Source: a phage
Reading direction: 5' to 3' (one strand)
Sequence record: PQ724393.1
DNA: 64,000 nucleotides
This document shows positions 54,065-62,753 of the stretch, piece by piece. The first letter of the stretch is position 1. Each line of letters starts with the position of its first letter. The position numbers were made by a program, and so were the translations under genes. Below the pieces are notes generated by a model. The model ran no database searches. It was not told the DNA's origin and saw only the letters and a list, made by a program, of their open reading frames with translations.

Positions 54065-54417
54065 TTAGAGTTTAATCCTCGGTTGTAGGAGTCAACGAGT
54101 CTGTCTACCATAGACGCGCACATTTCTTTGTACTTTTTATCAGACGGAACACATTCAGTAACGTTTAGACGTTGCTCGTATCTTTTAGAAAGAGTTTTCT
54201 CTTTCATTCGGCGATGCTCGACGTCGTTCTGTCCATCTTTAAAAGCAGCTGTTATTTTTGAACTGAATTCAATAACGCATTCAGTATTACTCGGATGACA
54301 ATAATCTTTTGCTGTACGGGTGGCATACTCAACAATTGAATTATTTGTATCATCAACTTGTGACGCTAATACTCCCGGAGCAATCAACATAAGCGCTATA
54401 GTCATCTGCTTAATCAT
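54061..54417 (-). CDS. secreted cysteine-containing protein (118 aa)
   Basis: N-terminal signal peptide (cleavage near LAS-Q). Confidence 0.5.
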   Translation of the reverse strand: MIKQMTIALMLIAPGVLASQVDDTNNSIVEYATRTAKDYCHPSNTECVIEFSSKITAAFKDGQNDVEHRRMKEKTLSKRYEQRLNVTECVPSDKKYKEMCASMVDRLVDSYNRGLNSK

Positions 54418-54957
54418 TTAATACACCGCCTCAAACATCTTTTTAGATTTTAGATAATTGGCCTTTTCTAGAACTTCAGAAGCATATTTACTGCCTGCTT
54501 TGACGTCCCAGCCCGCATTATAAGAAGCAATCGCTTTTCTCAGGTCACCTTTGTGAACATCAATCCAATAAGACAGTTCAATGTAGGCCCAAGAGGCACT
54601 GTTCTGTCGTTTTTGGACCATACGAATTATTTCTTTGTCTGACATCTTCCAACCTACCTGTTGAACACGACTTCTTAACGTAGGCAAGTAATTTTGGAAC
54701 ATGCCATAAGCATGGTGCTTATCTTTATTTAAACCCTGATTAATTCCGGCGGATGATTCCTGCCATAGTAATCCGGCCATGATATATCCTAATCCTTTTT
54801 GATTAGGGTTTTCTTTGAACTTTCCCGACTTTTGGTATTGTTCACCGAAAGCATACGCATAATGCAAATTGTCGAGTTGCTCACTGTTGAAAGTAGGCTC
54901 TACGCTATAGGCAGACATACTAACTGTCAATAGTAAAGTGGCTAATACTTTTTTCAT
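54418..54957 (-). CDS. secreted lytic-transglycosylase-like protein (SLT domain)
   Basis: Signal peptide; LWQESS catalytic-Glu motif, AYGMFQ, SYNAG. Confidence 0.55.
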   Translation of the reverse strand: MKKVLATLLLTVSMSAYSVEPTFNSEQLDNLHYAYAFGEQYQKSGKFKENPNQKGLGYIMAGLLWQESSAGINQGLNKDKHHAYGMFQNYLPTLRSRVQQVGWKMSDKEIIRMVQKRQNSASWAYIELSYWIDVHKGDLRKAIASYNAGWDVKAGSKYASEVLEKANYLKSKKMFEAVY

Positions 54958-54969
54958 GAGACCTCATTA

Positions 54970-55428
54970 TTAAAGATAGATTACTTTCGTGCTGGTTTTA
55001 CCTTCTAAACGTTTAGAGTTAACAAATGCCATACGACATTTTAATGAATATCCTTTATCAGGATGTTTACGATCTACGGTCATACCCAACCATAAGGTTT
55101 TATCAGTAATCTCGAGACGCAGCGGACGATACACTTTACCTGGGACAATTTCAGATTCTATGTCAGGAAGAGGCTCCTGGATTAAAAATTCATGGATTTC
55201 TTTAACATGGTTATGGAGTTGCTTGAATAAAGCAAAAACGTATTTTTCGTCAATTTCACGTTGGATAGCACGGTCCAACAAGTGATTAGAGTACTTAATA
55301 AAGAAAGCTGGGACCCCGCTCTTGATGGCGGCTTTTTTGATGGACGCGTTAAGTTCACGAAATTCGGTTTCGAACTGACGACGTAATTTGTTGCGGCGGA
55401 TGAATACTTCTGAATTAATTTCTGACAT
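54970..55428 (-). CDS. regB: RegB endoribonuclease
   Basis: Start reset to MSEINSEVFIRRNKLRR...; 153 aa; strong similarity to recalled T4 RegB; promoter and SD AGGAGA upstream. Confidence 0.8.
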   Translation of the reverse strand: MSEINSEVFIRRNKLRRQFETEFRELNASIKKAAIKSGVPAFFIKYSNHLLDRAIQREIDEKYVFALFKQLHNHVKEIHEFLIQEPLPDIESEIVPGKVYRPLRLEITDKTLWLGMTVDRKHPDKGYSLKCRMAFVNSKRLEGKTSTKVIYL

Positions 55429-55456
55429 TTTGTAATCTCCTGTAGTTGATAGGTCT

Positions 55457-55485
55457 ATAGTATCATGTCTACAGGAGATGTAAAC
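55457..55485 (-). promoter_or_regulatory. conserved early promoter upstream of regB
   Basis: GTTTAC-17-TGATACTATAGACCTATCAAC; arms CTCCTGTAG/CTACAGGAG. Confidence 0.65.
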
Positions 55486-55490
55486 TGCTT

Positions 55491-55769
55491 TTAGTATTTT
55501 TCCTCGGGTTGGAAAACAGAACGACAGGCCCACATGGATGCTTCTTTCAAGCGTTCGATTGCCGTACGAATCTGGGTAATGCGTTCATGAGCCTGGTCTA
55601 GTTCTTGTTCAGAAACCTCTTCGGCATCTAAGTTCATATAATAGGTAACATGTTCTTCTTCTAATGCTTTAAAGATTAAGCCTAATCGAACTTCAGCATC
55701 TTTAATGGCATTCACTTTACTGATTTTATCGTCGGTATGTGACTTGTAACCTTTGATATCTTCAATCAT
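55491..55769 (-). CDS. hypothetical protein (92 aa)
   Basis: Track ORF. Confidence 0.5.
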   Translation of the reverse strand: MIEDIKGYKSHTDDKISKVNAIKDAEVRLGLIFKALEEEHVTYYMNLDAEEVSEQELDQAHERITQIRTAIERLKEASMWACRSVFQPEEKY

Positions 55770-55984
55770 TTCACTTCCTCATCAGATGCAATATCATATT
55801 CTACAAAACGAAGGCCATCGTATCCACCACTAACAGAGATATACGTAGTCGGGTAAACAATTTCTTTACCATTCCATTGACCGCCGTCCCAACATTCCAT
55901 AAAGCCTTGTTCGCCCTGTTCGTGGAACCAGTCAACAAACATCTTCAGAGCTTCATCAGAGCCTTCAATTGTCAATTTAGACAT
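55766..55984 (-). CDS. hypothetical protein (72 aa)
   Basis: Track ORF. Confidence 0.5.
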   Translation of the reverse strand: MSKLTIEGSDEALKMFVDWFHEQGEQGFMECWDGGQWNGKEIVYPTTYISVSGGYDGLRFVEYDIASDEEVK

Positions 55985-56273
55985 ATTTTTTCCAGTCAGA
56001 AATCATATGAATCTCTTGGTCATACGTCAAGAGACTGCGAGTAATAATACCCTTGCACGGCCCAGAGATGAACTCGAGAGTGAAGTAAGGAACCTGTTTC
56101 ATTAATCGGATGCTTGGGGCATGGCATCTAAAACGAGAGCCCTTAAAGGGCCCTGACATGAATACATATTCTAATGGATAGAAATAAGCATATTCGAAAT
56201 TTGCAGTAAGGTCCTCTCTTCGAACCTTACGTGAGAAATAACAGAACTCAAAAAGTTCTTCATCAGTCATCAT
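55977..56273 (-). CDS. hypothetical protein (98 aa)
   Basis: Track ORF. Confidence 0.5.
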   Translation of the reverse strand: MMTDEELFEFCYFSRKVRREDLTANFEYAYFYPLEYVFMSGPFKGSRFRCHAPSIRLMKQVPYFTLEFISGPCKGIITRSLLTYDQEIHMISDWKKYV

Positions 56274-56797
56274 TGCATTCCTATCACAAAGAACAGCGGC
56301 AGAGGTTTAGAACCCTGGCACATAAATTTGTTAATCATTACCTGGTAAGCTTCATAGAACTTATCCATCGATGGAAGGCGCATTGGCTCTTCGATAATAA
56401 TCAATAATCGAGTAACTGATAGACCACGATACTTATGGAAGTTATCTTCGTCTAAAAATGATCGCACGGTATCATATACAATAAACCCAGGACCTTCTAC
56501 TTGAAGATGTGGATGAGCCTTAGAAACCCTTTTTATTACATTACAGATTTCGCGTGACCGGTGCGAAGAACTCGACATAACAATCACATCATTACCCTTG
56601 GAAACCCAATCAGCTGCGAACTGGGCAAGGGCACTTGTTTTACCTGTTTGGCGTCCGCCGTCAAGTCGAAGAGTACCAAACTCTTGCATTCTTGAAGTAG
56701 GTTCGTACCAGGTGTATTGGTTTGAGTCTAATCGTTCAATGGCGCGTTCAGCGAAGGCGTGCATTAAGGTTAGATAAATGGGAGTTAAAAATTTCAT
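56270..56797 (-). CDS. P-loop NTPase-like protein (175 aa)
   Basis: Walker A GGRQTGKTSA; Walker B-like LLIIIEEP. Confidence 0.5.
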   Translation of the reverse strand: MKFLTPIYLTLMHAFAERAIERLDSNQYTWYEPTSRMQEFGTLRLDGGRQTGKTSALAQFAADWVSKGNDVIVMSSSSHRSREICNVIKRVSKAHPHLQVEGPGFIVYDTVRSFLDEDNFHKYRGLSVTRLLIIIEEPMRLPSMDKFYEAYQVMINKFMCQGSKPLPLFFVIGMQ

Positions 56798-56946
56798 AGT
56801 GGTCTCTTAGTTGTGGGGCCATTCCTTGGCACATAATTCATCCCTTTCTGCATTTACCCATTACCGCACTTGGGCTCGACCTTATTACAGGTTGGTGGGA
56901 GTCCCTCACGGAATTGTGAGGTCCAGGTTGCTCCCATTTTTAAAGA

Positions 56947-57306
56947 TTAAAGATGGTCGAGTGCCGGATTATGAGGCTTTTCTGCTTTAGCAGTATTTTT
57001 GTGCCAATCCGATTTAGAAACACGAATTGCATCCGCACCGTAAGAGCTCTTAAGGAGGCCCTTTTTATTGTAAACACTTATAGAAGTAAGGGTGTCACCA
57101 TTCCAAGTAGCATGGACGAAGTTGGATTTAGATTTAAGTTCTTTAGCCAGGCTCTGGTTGGTAGCCATAGAAGCAAAGTCTTTACCTGTAACTTTAAAAA
57201 CTTCAGATGGGTTCAGCCCTTCTTTAGCCTTAGCCAATTGTTCAGGAGACATAGCTTCGTTAATGCGCTGAGTAGATTCAGTAATAAATTGTTGGTAAGT
57301 TTTCAT
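56947..57306 (-). CDS. ipII: internal head protein, IpII-like
   Basis: N-terminal MKTYQQFITE matches T4 capsid-targeting sequence (MKTYQEFIAE); 119 aa. Confidence 0.6.
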   Translation of the reverse strand: MKTYQQFITESTQRINEAMSPEQLAKAKEGLNPSEVFKVTGKDFASMATNQSLAKELKSKSNFVHATWNGDTLTSISVYNKKGLLKSSYGADAIRVSKSDWHKNTAKAEKPHNPALDHL

Positions 57307-57320
57307 ATTATTCCTTAAGT

Positions 57321-57350
57321 TGATAGAAGTATTCTACCACGGATTTAATT
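57321..57350 (-). promoter_or_regulatory. putative promoter upstream of ipII-like gene
   Basis: ATTTAC-18-TAGAAT. Confidence 0.45.
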
Positions 57351-57765
57351 AAGCGTAAATAGCCTTGCCATAGTGTTTGTACCAGGTAGGACGTTGTGCA
57401 ATTTTTTCATCCAAACGGGTTTGTGAAATAGCGATAGAAGCTTCGTGAGGAGCATAATCACCACGGAATTCCTGAGGAATATCACTAATGTCCTGGACCG
57501 TAGTATCTTTGATATTAAAGCCACGTTTTAAACATTCGGCTATAAGCTCGATTTGACGCTTACGTAAAAATTCAAGCTTATCGTAAAAGAATGTAACATG
57601 GCCTGCGCCAAGGATAAAAGTAGGACTGATTTTGAAATCACGGACACGTTTACCATTAGCAACATGCTTACGAACTGCACCGAAAACACGTGGTAATTCA
57701 CGATATTCAGCCATTAAGTGTTGGTCAGCCAATTCAGATACTAAGGTAAGGTTGATACGAGTCAT
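57349..57765 (-). CDS. denV: endonuclease V (pyrimidine-dimer DNA glycosylase)
   Basis: 138 aa; [67 protein letters not shown]... nearly identical to recalled T4 DenV. Confidence 0.95.
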   Translation of the reverse strand: MTRINLTLVSELADQHLMAEYRELPRVFGAVRKHVANGKRVRDFKISPTFILGAGHVTFFYDKLEFLRKRQIELIAECLKRGFNIKDTTVQDISDIPQEFRGDYAPHEASIAISQTRLDEKIAQRPTWYKHYGKAIYA

Positions 57766-57792
57766 TTTTAATCTCCTGTAGTTGATAGGTCT

Positions 57793-57821
57793 ATAGTATC
57801 ATGTCTACAGGAGATGTAAAC
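57793..57821 (-). promoter_or_regulatory. conserved early promoter upstream of denV
   Basis: Same 41-nt block as 55457 promoter. Confidence 0.65.
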
Positions 57822-57845
57822 AACTTTTATCAAGTATCGGCTTTA

Positions 57846-58442
57846 TTAATTACCACGGGCTGCATTAGCAACGGCGTAAGCGTACTGAACATTAGCGTCT
57901 TTAAACGTACCTTTAGAGGTATCTATTTCTGCCTTAAAGCCACCTTTAGCCATAACATCAGCAAATTCTTTACGGAAAGCCATTGCATCAAGACCTTTCC
58001 ATGATGATTTGTGCTTGGCAAATTCAAGACCGGCGAAGTTGACAGCCTTAGCCAATTTATTATCAATAGTCCATTTACCTGCTTTAGGTACAACTACCGG
58101 GCCTTTTTGTTTAGAGAACAGTTTTAAATTCCAGCGACGAAGGTCGCCGTCAGCTTTAACAAAAGCTGCGTCCAAGTTACTAGCAACAACATCCTGAATA
58201 TGGCCAAATTTAAGCCCATCAGCTTCAATATTTAGGTCGTTACGCCAGCGAAGTCCTTCCCAGGCGAAAGCTTTAAAGTCAGAAGCTTTTGTAGCTAAAT
58301 ACCGTTCAATAGGAGCTGTTTTAGCGTCAAAACCATTTCCTGGGTTGTCAACGCCATTTCCTCGGTAGGTCCACTCATCTTTATTAATGCCTTGGACCTT
58401 TCCTACAGAAGCTTCGGCGATAAATTCTTTATACGTTTTCAT
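57846..58442 (-). CDS. ipIII: internal head protein, IpIII-like
   Basis: 198 aa; N-terminal MKTYKEFIAEA capsid-targeting sequence. Confidence 0.65.
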   Translation of the reverse strand: MKTYKEFIAEASVGKVQGINKDEWTYRGNGVDNPGNGFDAKTAPIERYLATKASDFKAFAWEGLRWRNDLNIEADGLKFGHIQDVVASNLDAAFVKADGDLRRWNLKLFSKQKGPVVVPKAGKWTIDNKLAKAVNFAGLEFAKHKSSWKGLDAMAFRKEFADVMAKGGFKAEIDTSKGTFKDANVQYAYAVANAARGN

Positions 58443-58495
58443 ACGGGTTCCTTAAAGGTAAATATTTTAATTAGTCTGTTCAATTAACTGTAGAT

Positions 58496-58524
58496 ATACT
58501 ATCACAATTCTAGGAGATGTAAAC
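58496..58524 (-). promoter_or_regulatory. early promoter upstream of ipIII-like gene
   Basis: GTTTAC-17-TGATAGTAT. Confidence 0.5.
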
Positions 58525-58529
58525 TGCTT

Positions 58530-59018
58530 TTATCTATAAGCGGCCCAAGTACCTGTTTTAAATGTTGAAATCACGCGCTTAGCACGGTTAGGGGTTTGCT
58601 TGTACCAACGAGATTGAGCCAGGTTAACTGCCGCATCGTTCCAACGTTTCTGTTGGAGCATACGTAAAGAGTTAGTGAACCCTGCTACACCTGCTTCACC
58701 CATTTGGAAGACCATGTTAATTAAAGCACAACGACGAACTTCATCGAGCACATCATAAACAGGTTTCAATTTAGGATTACGCAGAATAGCTCTACGAGCA
58801 TTATCAACCGACCGGTTAAAGAGTTGTTCTGCTTCAGCCATAGTAATACGACCATTACAAACTCGACCCATAAGCTTATCAAGTTCAGCGCGGGCAACAT
58901 CTTTAGATGGGTTCTTGGTAACTAACTGGCCAATACCAATAGTCCAATAACCTTCAGTGTCTTTATAAAGATTTAAATCAAGACCTTCGTCTTGACGTAA
59001 CATATCAAAAATATCCAT
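58530..59018 (-). CDS. e: lysozyme (endolysin) e
   Basis: 162 aa; [51 protein letters not shown] match recalled T4 lysozyme; SD AGGAGG. Confidence 0.95.
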   Translation of the reverse strand: MDIFDMLRQDEGLDLNLYKDTEGYWTIGIGQLVTKNPSKDVARAELDKLMGRVCNGRITMAEAEQLFNRSVDNARRAILRNPKLKPVYDVLDEVRRCALINMVFQMGEAGVAGFTNSLRMLQQKRWNDAAVNLAQSRWYKQTPNRAKRVISTFKTGTWAAYR

Positions 59019-59020
59019 AA

Positions 59021-59048
59021 TACCTCCTGAGTATAGGAGGTATTTATA
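59021..59048 (-). promoter_or_regulatory. gene e late promoter (TATAAATA) plus RBS-sequestering hairpin
   Basis: Coding strand GATATAAATA then ACCTCCT-ATACTC-AGGAGGT, where the second arm is the SD of e. Confidence 0.6.
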
Positions 59049-59498
59049 TCAAAAGAGCGAATCTAAAACCTTAAACATCGACGGGCCCATGACATATTTC
59101 CATTGTGGACGTTTAATCAAGGCAAAAGCATCGAATTCAGGAATCGTACGACCATCAGGGAACGTATGGTAAGCTGTACATTTGCAATTCTTGAACTGCT
59201 CGTGTTCCACAGGCACTGTATATAAGAACAGATGTAGATTCTTATTGCTTGAATATTTGAACTCACCTAGGTCTTTCAGGAATGCAGGATCGTATGCCGT
59301 GAATCCAATCTCTTCTTCGGTTTCACGCATTGCGGCTTGAATAGGCTCTTCGCCTGGTTCTACATGACCTTTAGGAATGTCCCATTTATGACGCATGTTC
59401 TCTGGATTACGAGAGCCTGTTACACGACCCATAACTAGTTCTTTATCAACGGTCATGAACAAAATACCGGCAGATAGTTCTTTAACTTTCTTACTCAT
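59049..59498 (-). CDS. nudE: Nudix hydrolase NudE (e.1)
   Basis: Start reset to ATG 59498 (8-nt overlap with upstream stop); Nudix box GHVEPGEEPIQAAMRETEEEIG. Confidence 0.8.
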   Translation of the reverse strand: MSKKVKELSAGILFMTVDKELVMGRVTGSRNPENMRHKWDIPKGHVEPGEEPIQAAMRETEEEIGFTAYDPAFLKDLGEFKYSSNKNLHLFLYTVPVEHEQFKNCKCTAYHTFPDGRTIPEFDAFALIKRPQWKYVMGPSMFKVLDSLF

Positions 59499-59727
59499 CG
59501 TCTCGTTCCCACGATTGTTTAAAGATATCTTGCATAATAATTTGAAGTCTATTTTCTGATGATGGACTTTCACTATCAGACACTTGAAGCATATAGTCAC
59601 CAATAGGACAGAACATATCCATATCGCTTTCTAAGTCTTCTTTGATTTTCTCTTCTGACGTTCCGGTATCATAGGAATACAGATAAGAATCACATGACTC
59701 AGATTTAATATAAATTGCAATACTCAT
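59491..59727 (-). CDS. hypothetical acidic protein (78 aa)
   Basis: Track ORF. Confidence 0.45.
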   Translation of the reverse strand: MSIAIYIKSESCDSYLYSYDTGTSEEKIKEDLESDMDMFCPIGDYMLQVSDSESPSSENRLQIIMQDIFKQSWERDDE

Positions 59728-60317
59728 TTACGGCATTCCTTAATAAACTCATTTAAATTATGTTTGTTTTTACCTTCGTCGTAAAGACGTTGTTGACGAC
59801 GTAAACGCCATGGCATTTCAATAGCCAAGCACCAAATACTTAAAGCAGCGCCAGCTGTGAAAAGATTCATTAATCCGGCGCCAATAATAGTTCGTTCTAG
59901 CGCATCATTCCAGTTAGCATCGATTAAAAATGAACTCAACACTAACATTGGAAGTAAAGTAATAAAATACGCTACAACATATCGTCCGAACGTAAGCCAT
60001 TCAGTATCGATGAGCTTAGCCTTTCCATCTTGGAGACAAATATACTTATCGTCAGTGCGGGTGATTTTCTTTACCGGTTGCCAACCATTTACGATATAAC
60101 CCATTCTGAACTCCTCAATTAAAAGCTGTTTCATTTCGGCAGTACAACCTGACCAATCTATTGTACTGGCTGAAATTCCTTCATCACAGTCATCGATATT
60201 TCGCCAGGACTTTTTAATAATCATATGTTCACCACTTGGGATAATAATTCCAGCATTTTCCGACCGACGGATGAAGTTTGTATCAATACCCATACAACCA
60301 GGTTCATAAAGGGCCAT
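59724..60317 (-). CDS. membrane protein (197 aa)
   Basis: Two C-terminal TM helices. Confidence 0.5.
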   Translation of the reverse strand: MALYEPGCMGIDTNFIRRSENAGIIIPSGEHMIIKKSWRNIDDCDEGISASTIDWSGCTAEMKQLLIEEFRMGYIVNGWQPVKKITRTDDKYICLQDGKAKLIDTEWLTFGRYVVAYFITLLPMLVLSSFLIDANWNDALERTIIGAGLMNLFTAGAALSIWCLAIEMPWRLRRQQRLYDEGKNKHNLNEFIKECRK

Positions 60318-61003
60318 TACCAGCCCTCCATAGGAAATTCCAGATATACTTGAGCATTAACGCGGATTTCATTTGTAATCTTTTTAACACGGTCGGTATT
60401 ACGAGACACACGACCAAACCAGCGCCACCCGTTACTTACTGCACGAGAACCTGTATGCCATGTTTGCCAATCAAACTGGAGTAACGTGCGGTCAGGAGCA
60501 TCCCACTTGGTTAATTCATTGGACTCAATTTTTTCCAGAACTTCTTTATGCCACTGGCGATAGATAAGTTCGCCTTCAGGAATCTGACTGAACTGTGCAG
60601 TTCCGGTTGCAAAATGAGTAGGACACACATCAGCATTAACAAGACCAAGAATATGTTCAGAATGGTATCGAGGATTATCATAATCAGGTTGCCCTGCGGT
60701 AATAAAGTGTTGACCCACCGGAATATCTGGACGTGGTACATCATCATGGTGGAAGCCTGGAATTGCAGGGTACCAGCCGGGCATTAACATGTGTACACGG
60801 GAATCAAATACGCATTCAACGGCTTTCCACTCATCAGGGAGATTAGTAATAAAGCTACGAGTAATAGGACCACCATTTTGTGCAGCAAAATTCAAATCAC
60901 AGTTAAAGAACATAGGCTCGTTTTTAATATCATCATTAGAAATATGACCTGCAAAACCACCTACTGCACGAGCTTTAGAATTAAAAGTTTTTGGACCGTT
61001 CAT
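60317..61003 (-). CDS. putative Fe(II)/2-oxoglutarate-dependent oxygenase-like protein
   Basis: 228 aa; candidate HxD (GFHHDD) and distal His/Arg (WHTGSRAVSNGWRWFGRVS); SD GAGGAAAA. Confidence 0.5.
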   Translation of the reverse strand: MNGPKTFNSKARAVGGFAGHISNDDIKNEPMFFNCDLNFAAQNGGPITRSFITNLPDEWKAVECVFDSRVHMLMPGWYPAIPGFHHDDVPRPDIPVGQHFITAGQPDYDNPRYHSEHILGLVNADVCPTHFATGTAQFSQIPEGELIYRQWHKEVLEKIESNELTKWDAPDRTLLQFDWQTWHTGSRAVSNGWRWFGRVSRNTDRVKKITNEIRVNAQVYLEFPMEGW

Positions 61004-61017
61004 AATATTTTCCTCAC

Positions 61018-61230
61018 TTACTTTTTGTTGAAAAAGTACATTTTACCTTTAGGAGATAAGGATACACGAAGGGCGTTACCAATACCAACTGAACATTTAA
61101 CCAGGTCAGCAGATTTCAATTCACCAAATGCTTGACGAAGGTCTCCATCACGAGTGTTAACCATCAGGCATTTAGCACCAGCTGCACGAACTTCGTTTAA
61201 CATGTTGATTGCTTGGTTAGAAAGTTTCAT
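61018..61230 (-). CDS. hypothetical protein (70 aa)
   Basis: Start reset to ATG 61230 with SD GGAGAA; track start lies in promoter. Confidence 0.5.
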   Translation of the reverse strand: MKLSNQAINMLNEVRAAGAKCLMVNTRDGDLRQAFGELKSADLVKCSVGIGNALRVSLSPKGKMYFFNKK

Positions 61231-61267
61231 TTTATTCTCCATTTCACTCTGTTGTTTTGATAGGTCT

Positions 61268-61296
61268 ATAGTATCACACCTATAGACCTTGTACAC
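61268..61296 (-). promoter_or_regulatory. conserved early promoter (variant -35 GTGTAC)
   Basis: GTGTAC-17-TGATACTATAGACCTATCAAAAC; inverted repeat GGTCTATAG/CTATAGACC. Confidence 0.5.
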
Positions 61297-61308
61297 TGTT
61301 TTGTGCAA

Positions 61309-62268
61309 TTATTTTTCGAAAGGACGAATTAAATGATGGTTATCTTGGAAACGCTTGATGTAGTCGTTTTCACCTAAAGTCTTATACATATTCACTACAG
61401 CTTGGTAGTTTTCCCAGGCGTACTCGCGGAACCAACCTGAAGTGATTGAGGTACACACTTTCTCAAGAGCCATATAAAAACTTAATGATGGTGAAATATT
61501 GAAGTCATTAGGAACCTGTGAACGTTCTAGTGCCAGGACACAAGTTTCTTCATATACACCAGCCAGTTTAATAGCTTCGGGCAAAGCCTCGAACTTCTCA
61601 CGAGAGGTCATGACTTCAGAACCTTCCTTCATATAAAAGGTATATGCAGGGCGTCCAGCCAATGCTACTGCTTCATGAATAGAGTCATGGTCCAGCGTAT
61701 AAATGGTATCATTAAAGAACGATGATTTGTTTACGTCCAATTTAGGGTGAGAATAGCTCAACGTTTCTTTTTGACGTTGCAACATAATTTCCCGGAGTTC
61801 TTCGTTCAGGGTGATACCTTTATTACGAAGGTATTTGATGTGGGACATAGTTTTCAAGAAGAACGGATTATTCTTCAGGAAACGATGAGAGGTTTTGATA
61901 GCCAGACAGATATCAGGCGTTGCCCAATAGAAACCAGTAAGACGGTCCTTTTTAATATGATTTTCAGCATATTTCAGGAGACGATAACTTGAAGTGAAAT
62001 CTTCGTCTTGAAGCTCGCCAGTAATTTCTCGTACGTTAGTCAGAGCACGGACAATATAAGCTTCAAAATAGGTTTCTTTACCATTGTACATACATTTAAA
62101 GGCCTGGACATCAGGATTATCCACAGGAACATGAGCGCCGAACATCCGGGCTTTAAAGTGATTCCATGAGCCTTGGTCGGCAATGAAATCCCAATCAGAA
62201 TTTTCGATATGCTTACTTTCAATCAGACCAGCGTGGTGCAGTGCACGAGAACCAATAACTAGCATCAT
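61309..62268 (-). CDS. nucleotidyltransferase-fold protein (319 aa)
   Basis: N-terminal IGSRALHHAGLIESKHIENSDWDF fits hGSxAxG...SDxDh minimal NTase signature; SD GAGGAAAA. Confidence 0.5.
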   Translation of the reverse strand: MMLVIGSRALHHAGLIESKHIENSDWDFIADQGSWNHFKARMFGAHVPVDNPDVQAFKCMYNGKETYFEAYIVRALTNVREITGELQDEDFTSSYRLLKYAENHIKKDRLTGFYWATPDICLAIKTSHRFLKNNPFFLKTMSHIKYLRNKGITLNEELREIMLQRQKETLSYSHPKLDVNKSSFFNDTIYTLDHDSIHEAVALAGRPAYTFYMKEGSEVMTSREKFEALPEAIKLAGVYEETCVLALERSQVPNDFNISPSLSFYMALEKVCTSITSGWFREYAWENYQAVVNMYKTLGENDYIKRFQDNHHLIRPFEK

Positions 62269-62281
62269 AATATTTTCCTCA

Positions 62282-62449
62282 TTAATAAAGACGAGTTACT
62301 TCATATTTACCCAGTTCAGATTTTTTTGCTTCAATACGCGTTGCGGCTAGATTAGCAGCCTCTAGTGAAGAAAATTGGACCACTTGGGAAGTATTCTGCC
62401 TTACGCCACCTTGTGGGTGAGTAACAAAAACAATAAGAACATTATACAT
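62282..62449 (-). CDS. hypothetical small protein (55 aa)
   Basis: Not in track; SD GAGGAAAA; own translation MYNVLIVFVTHPQGGVRQNTSQVVQF... Confidence 0.4.
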   Translation of the reverse strand: MYNVLIVFVTHPQGGVRQNTSQVVQFSSLEAANLAATRIEAKKSELGKYEVTRLY

Positions 62450-62470
62450 AATATTTTCCTCAGAGTAAAC

Positions 62471-62710
62471 TTAAATTTCAGCAACGTAATCGTTATGCAA
62501 TTCCCACATATCATCAGAATTATTCTTAATGATAGGAATTATCTCATTAGAGATTTCTTCTGCATAAGGGTCATTGATACAGTGGGCATCTTCAAAACGA
62601 ACACCGTAATCAGACTTCTTATAGGCAAAGCCATAAATCTTTTTAAACTTGGCACGACTAATTCGTACCGGCTCATCAGACTTATCAGACAATGGAGAGT
62701 AATACCACAT
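62471..62710 (-). CDS. hypothetical protein (79 aa)
   Basis: Track ORF. Confidence 0.5.
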   Translation of the reverse strand: MWYYSPLSDKSDEPVRISRAKFKKIYGFAYKKSDYGVRFEDAHCINDPYAEEISNEIIPIIKNNSDDMWELHNDYVAEI

Positions 62711-62753
62711 ATGTTCTCCTCATGTTTGTGTAGGGTAATAGTAACATGATTTT

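Noticed and set aside
54970-55533. N-terminal extensions of track ORFs that read through promoter motifs (for example 54970..55533, 59049..59603, 61018..61308, 42089..43159, 12774..13007)
   Set aside because: The extensions translate the promoter block (recurring [12 protein letters not shown]-type peptide) and lack an SD; in-frame internal ATGs with an SD were used instead.
56798-56946. tRNA gene in the structured noncoding segment
   Set aside because: No cloverleaf could be drawn and no GTTCRA T-loop or anticodon stem-loop with correct spacing was found; kept only as an unexplained structured region.
16531-61310. Recurring ~40-nt near-identical sequence as a possible CRISPR array or repeat element
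   Set aside because: Copies are kilobases apart, always just upstream of a gene start, and contain -35/-10 hexamers; interpreted as promoters.
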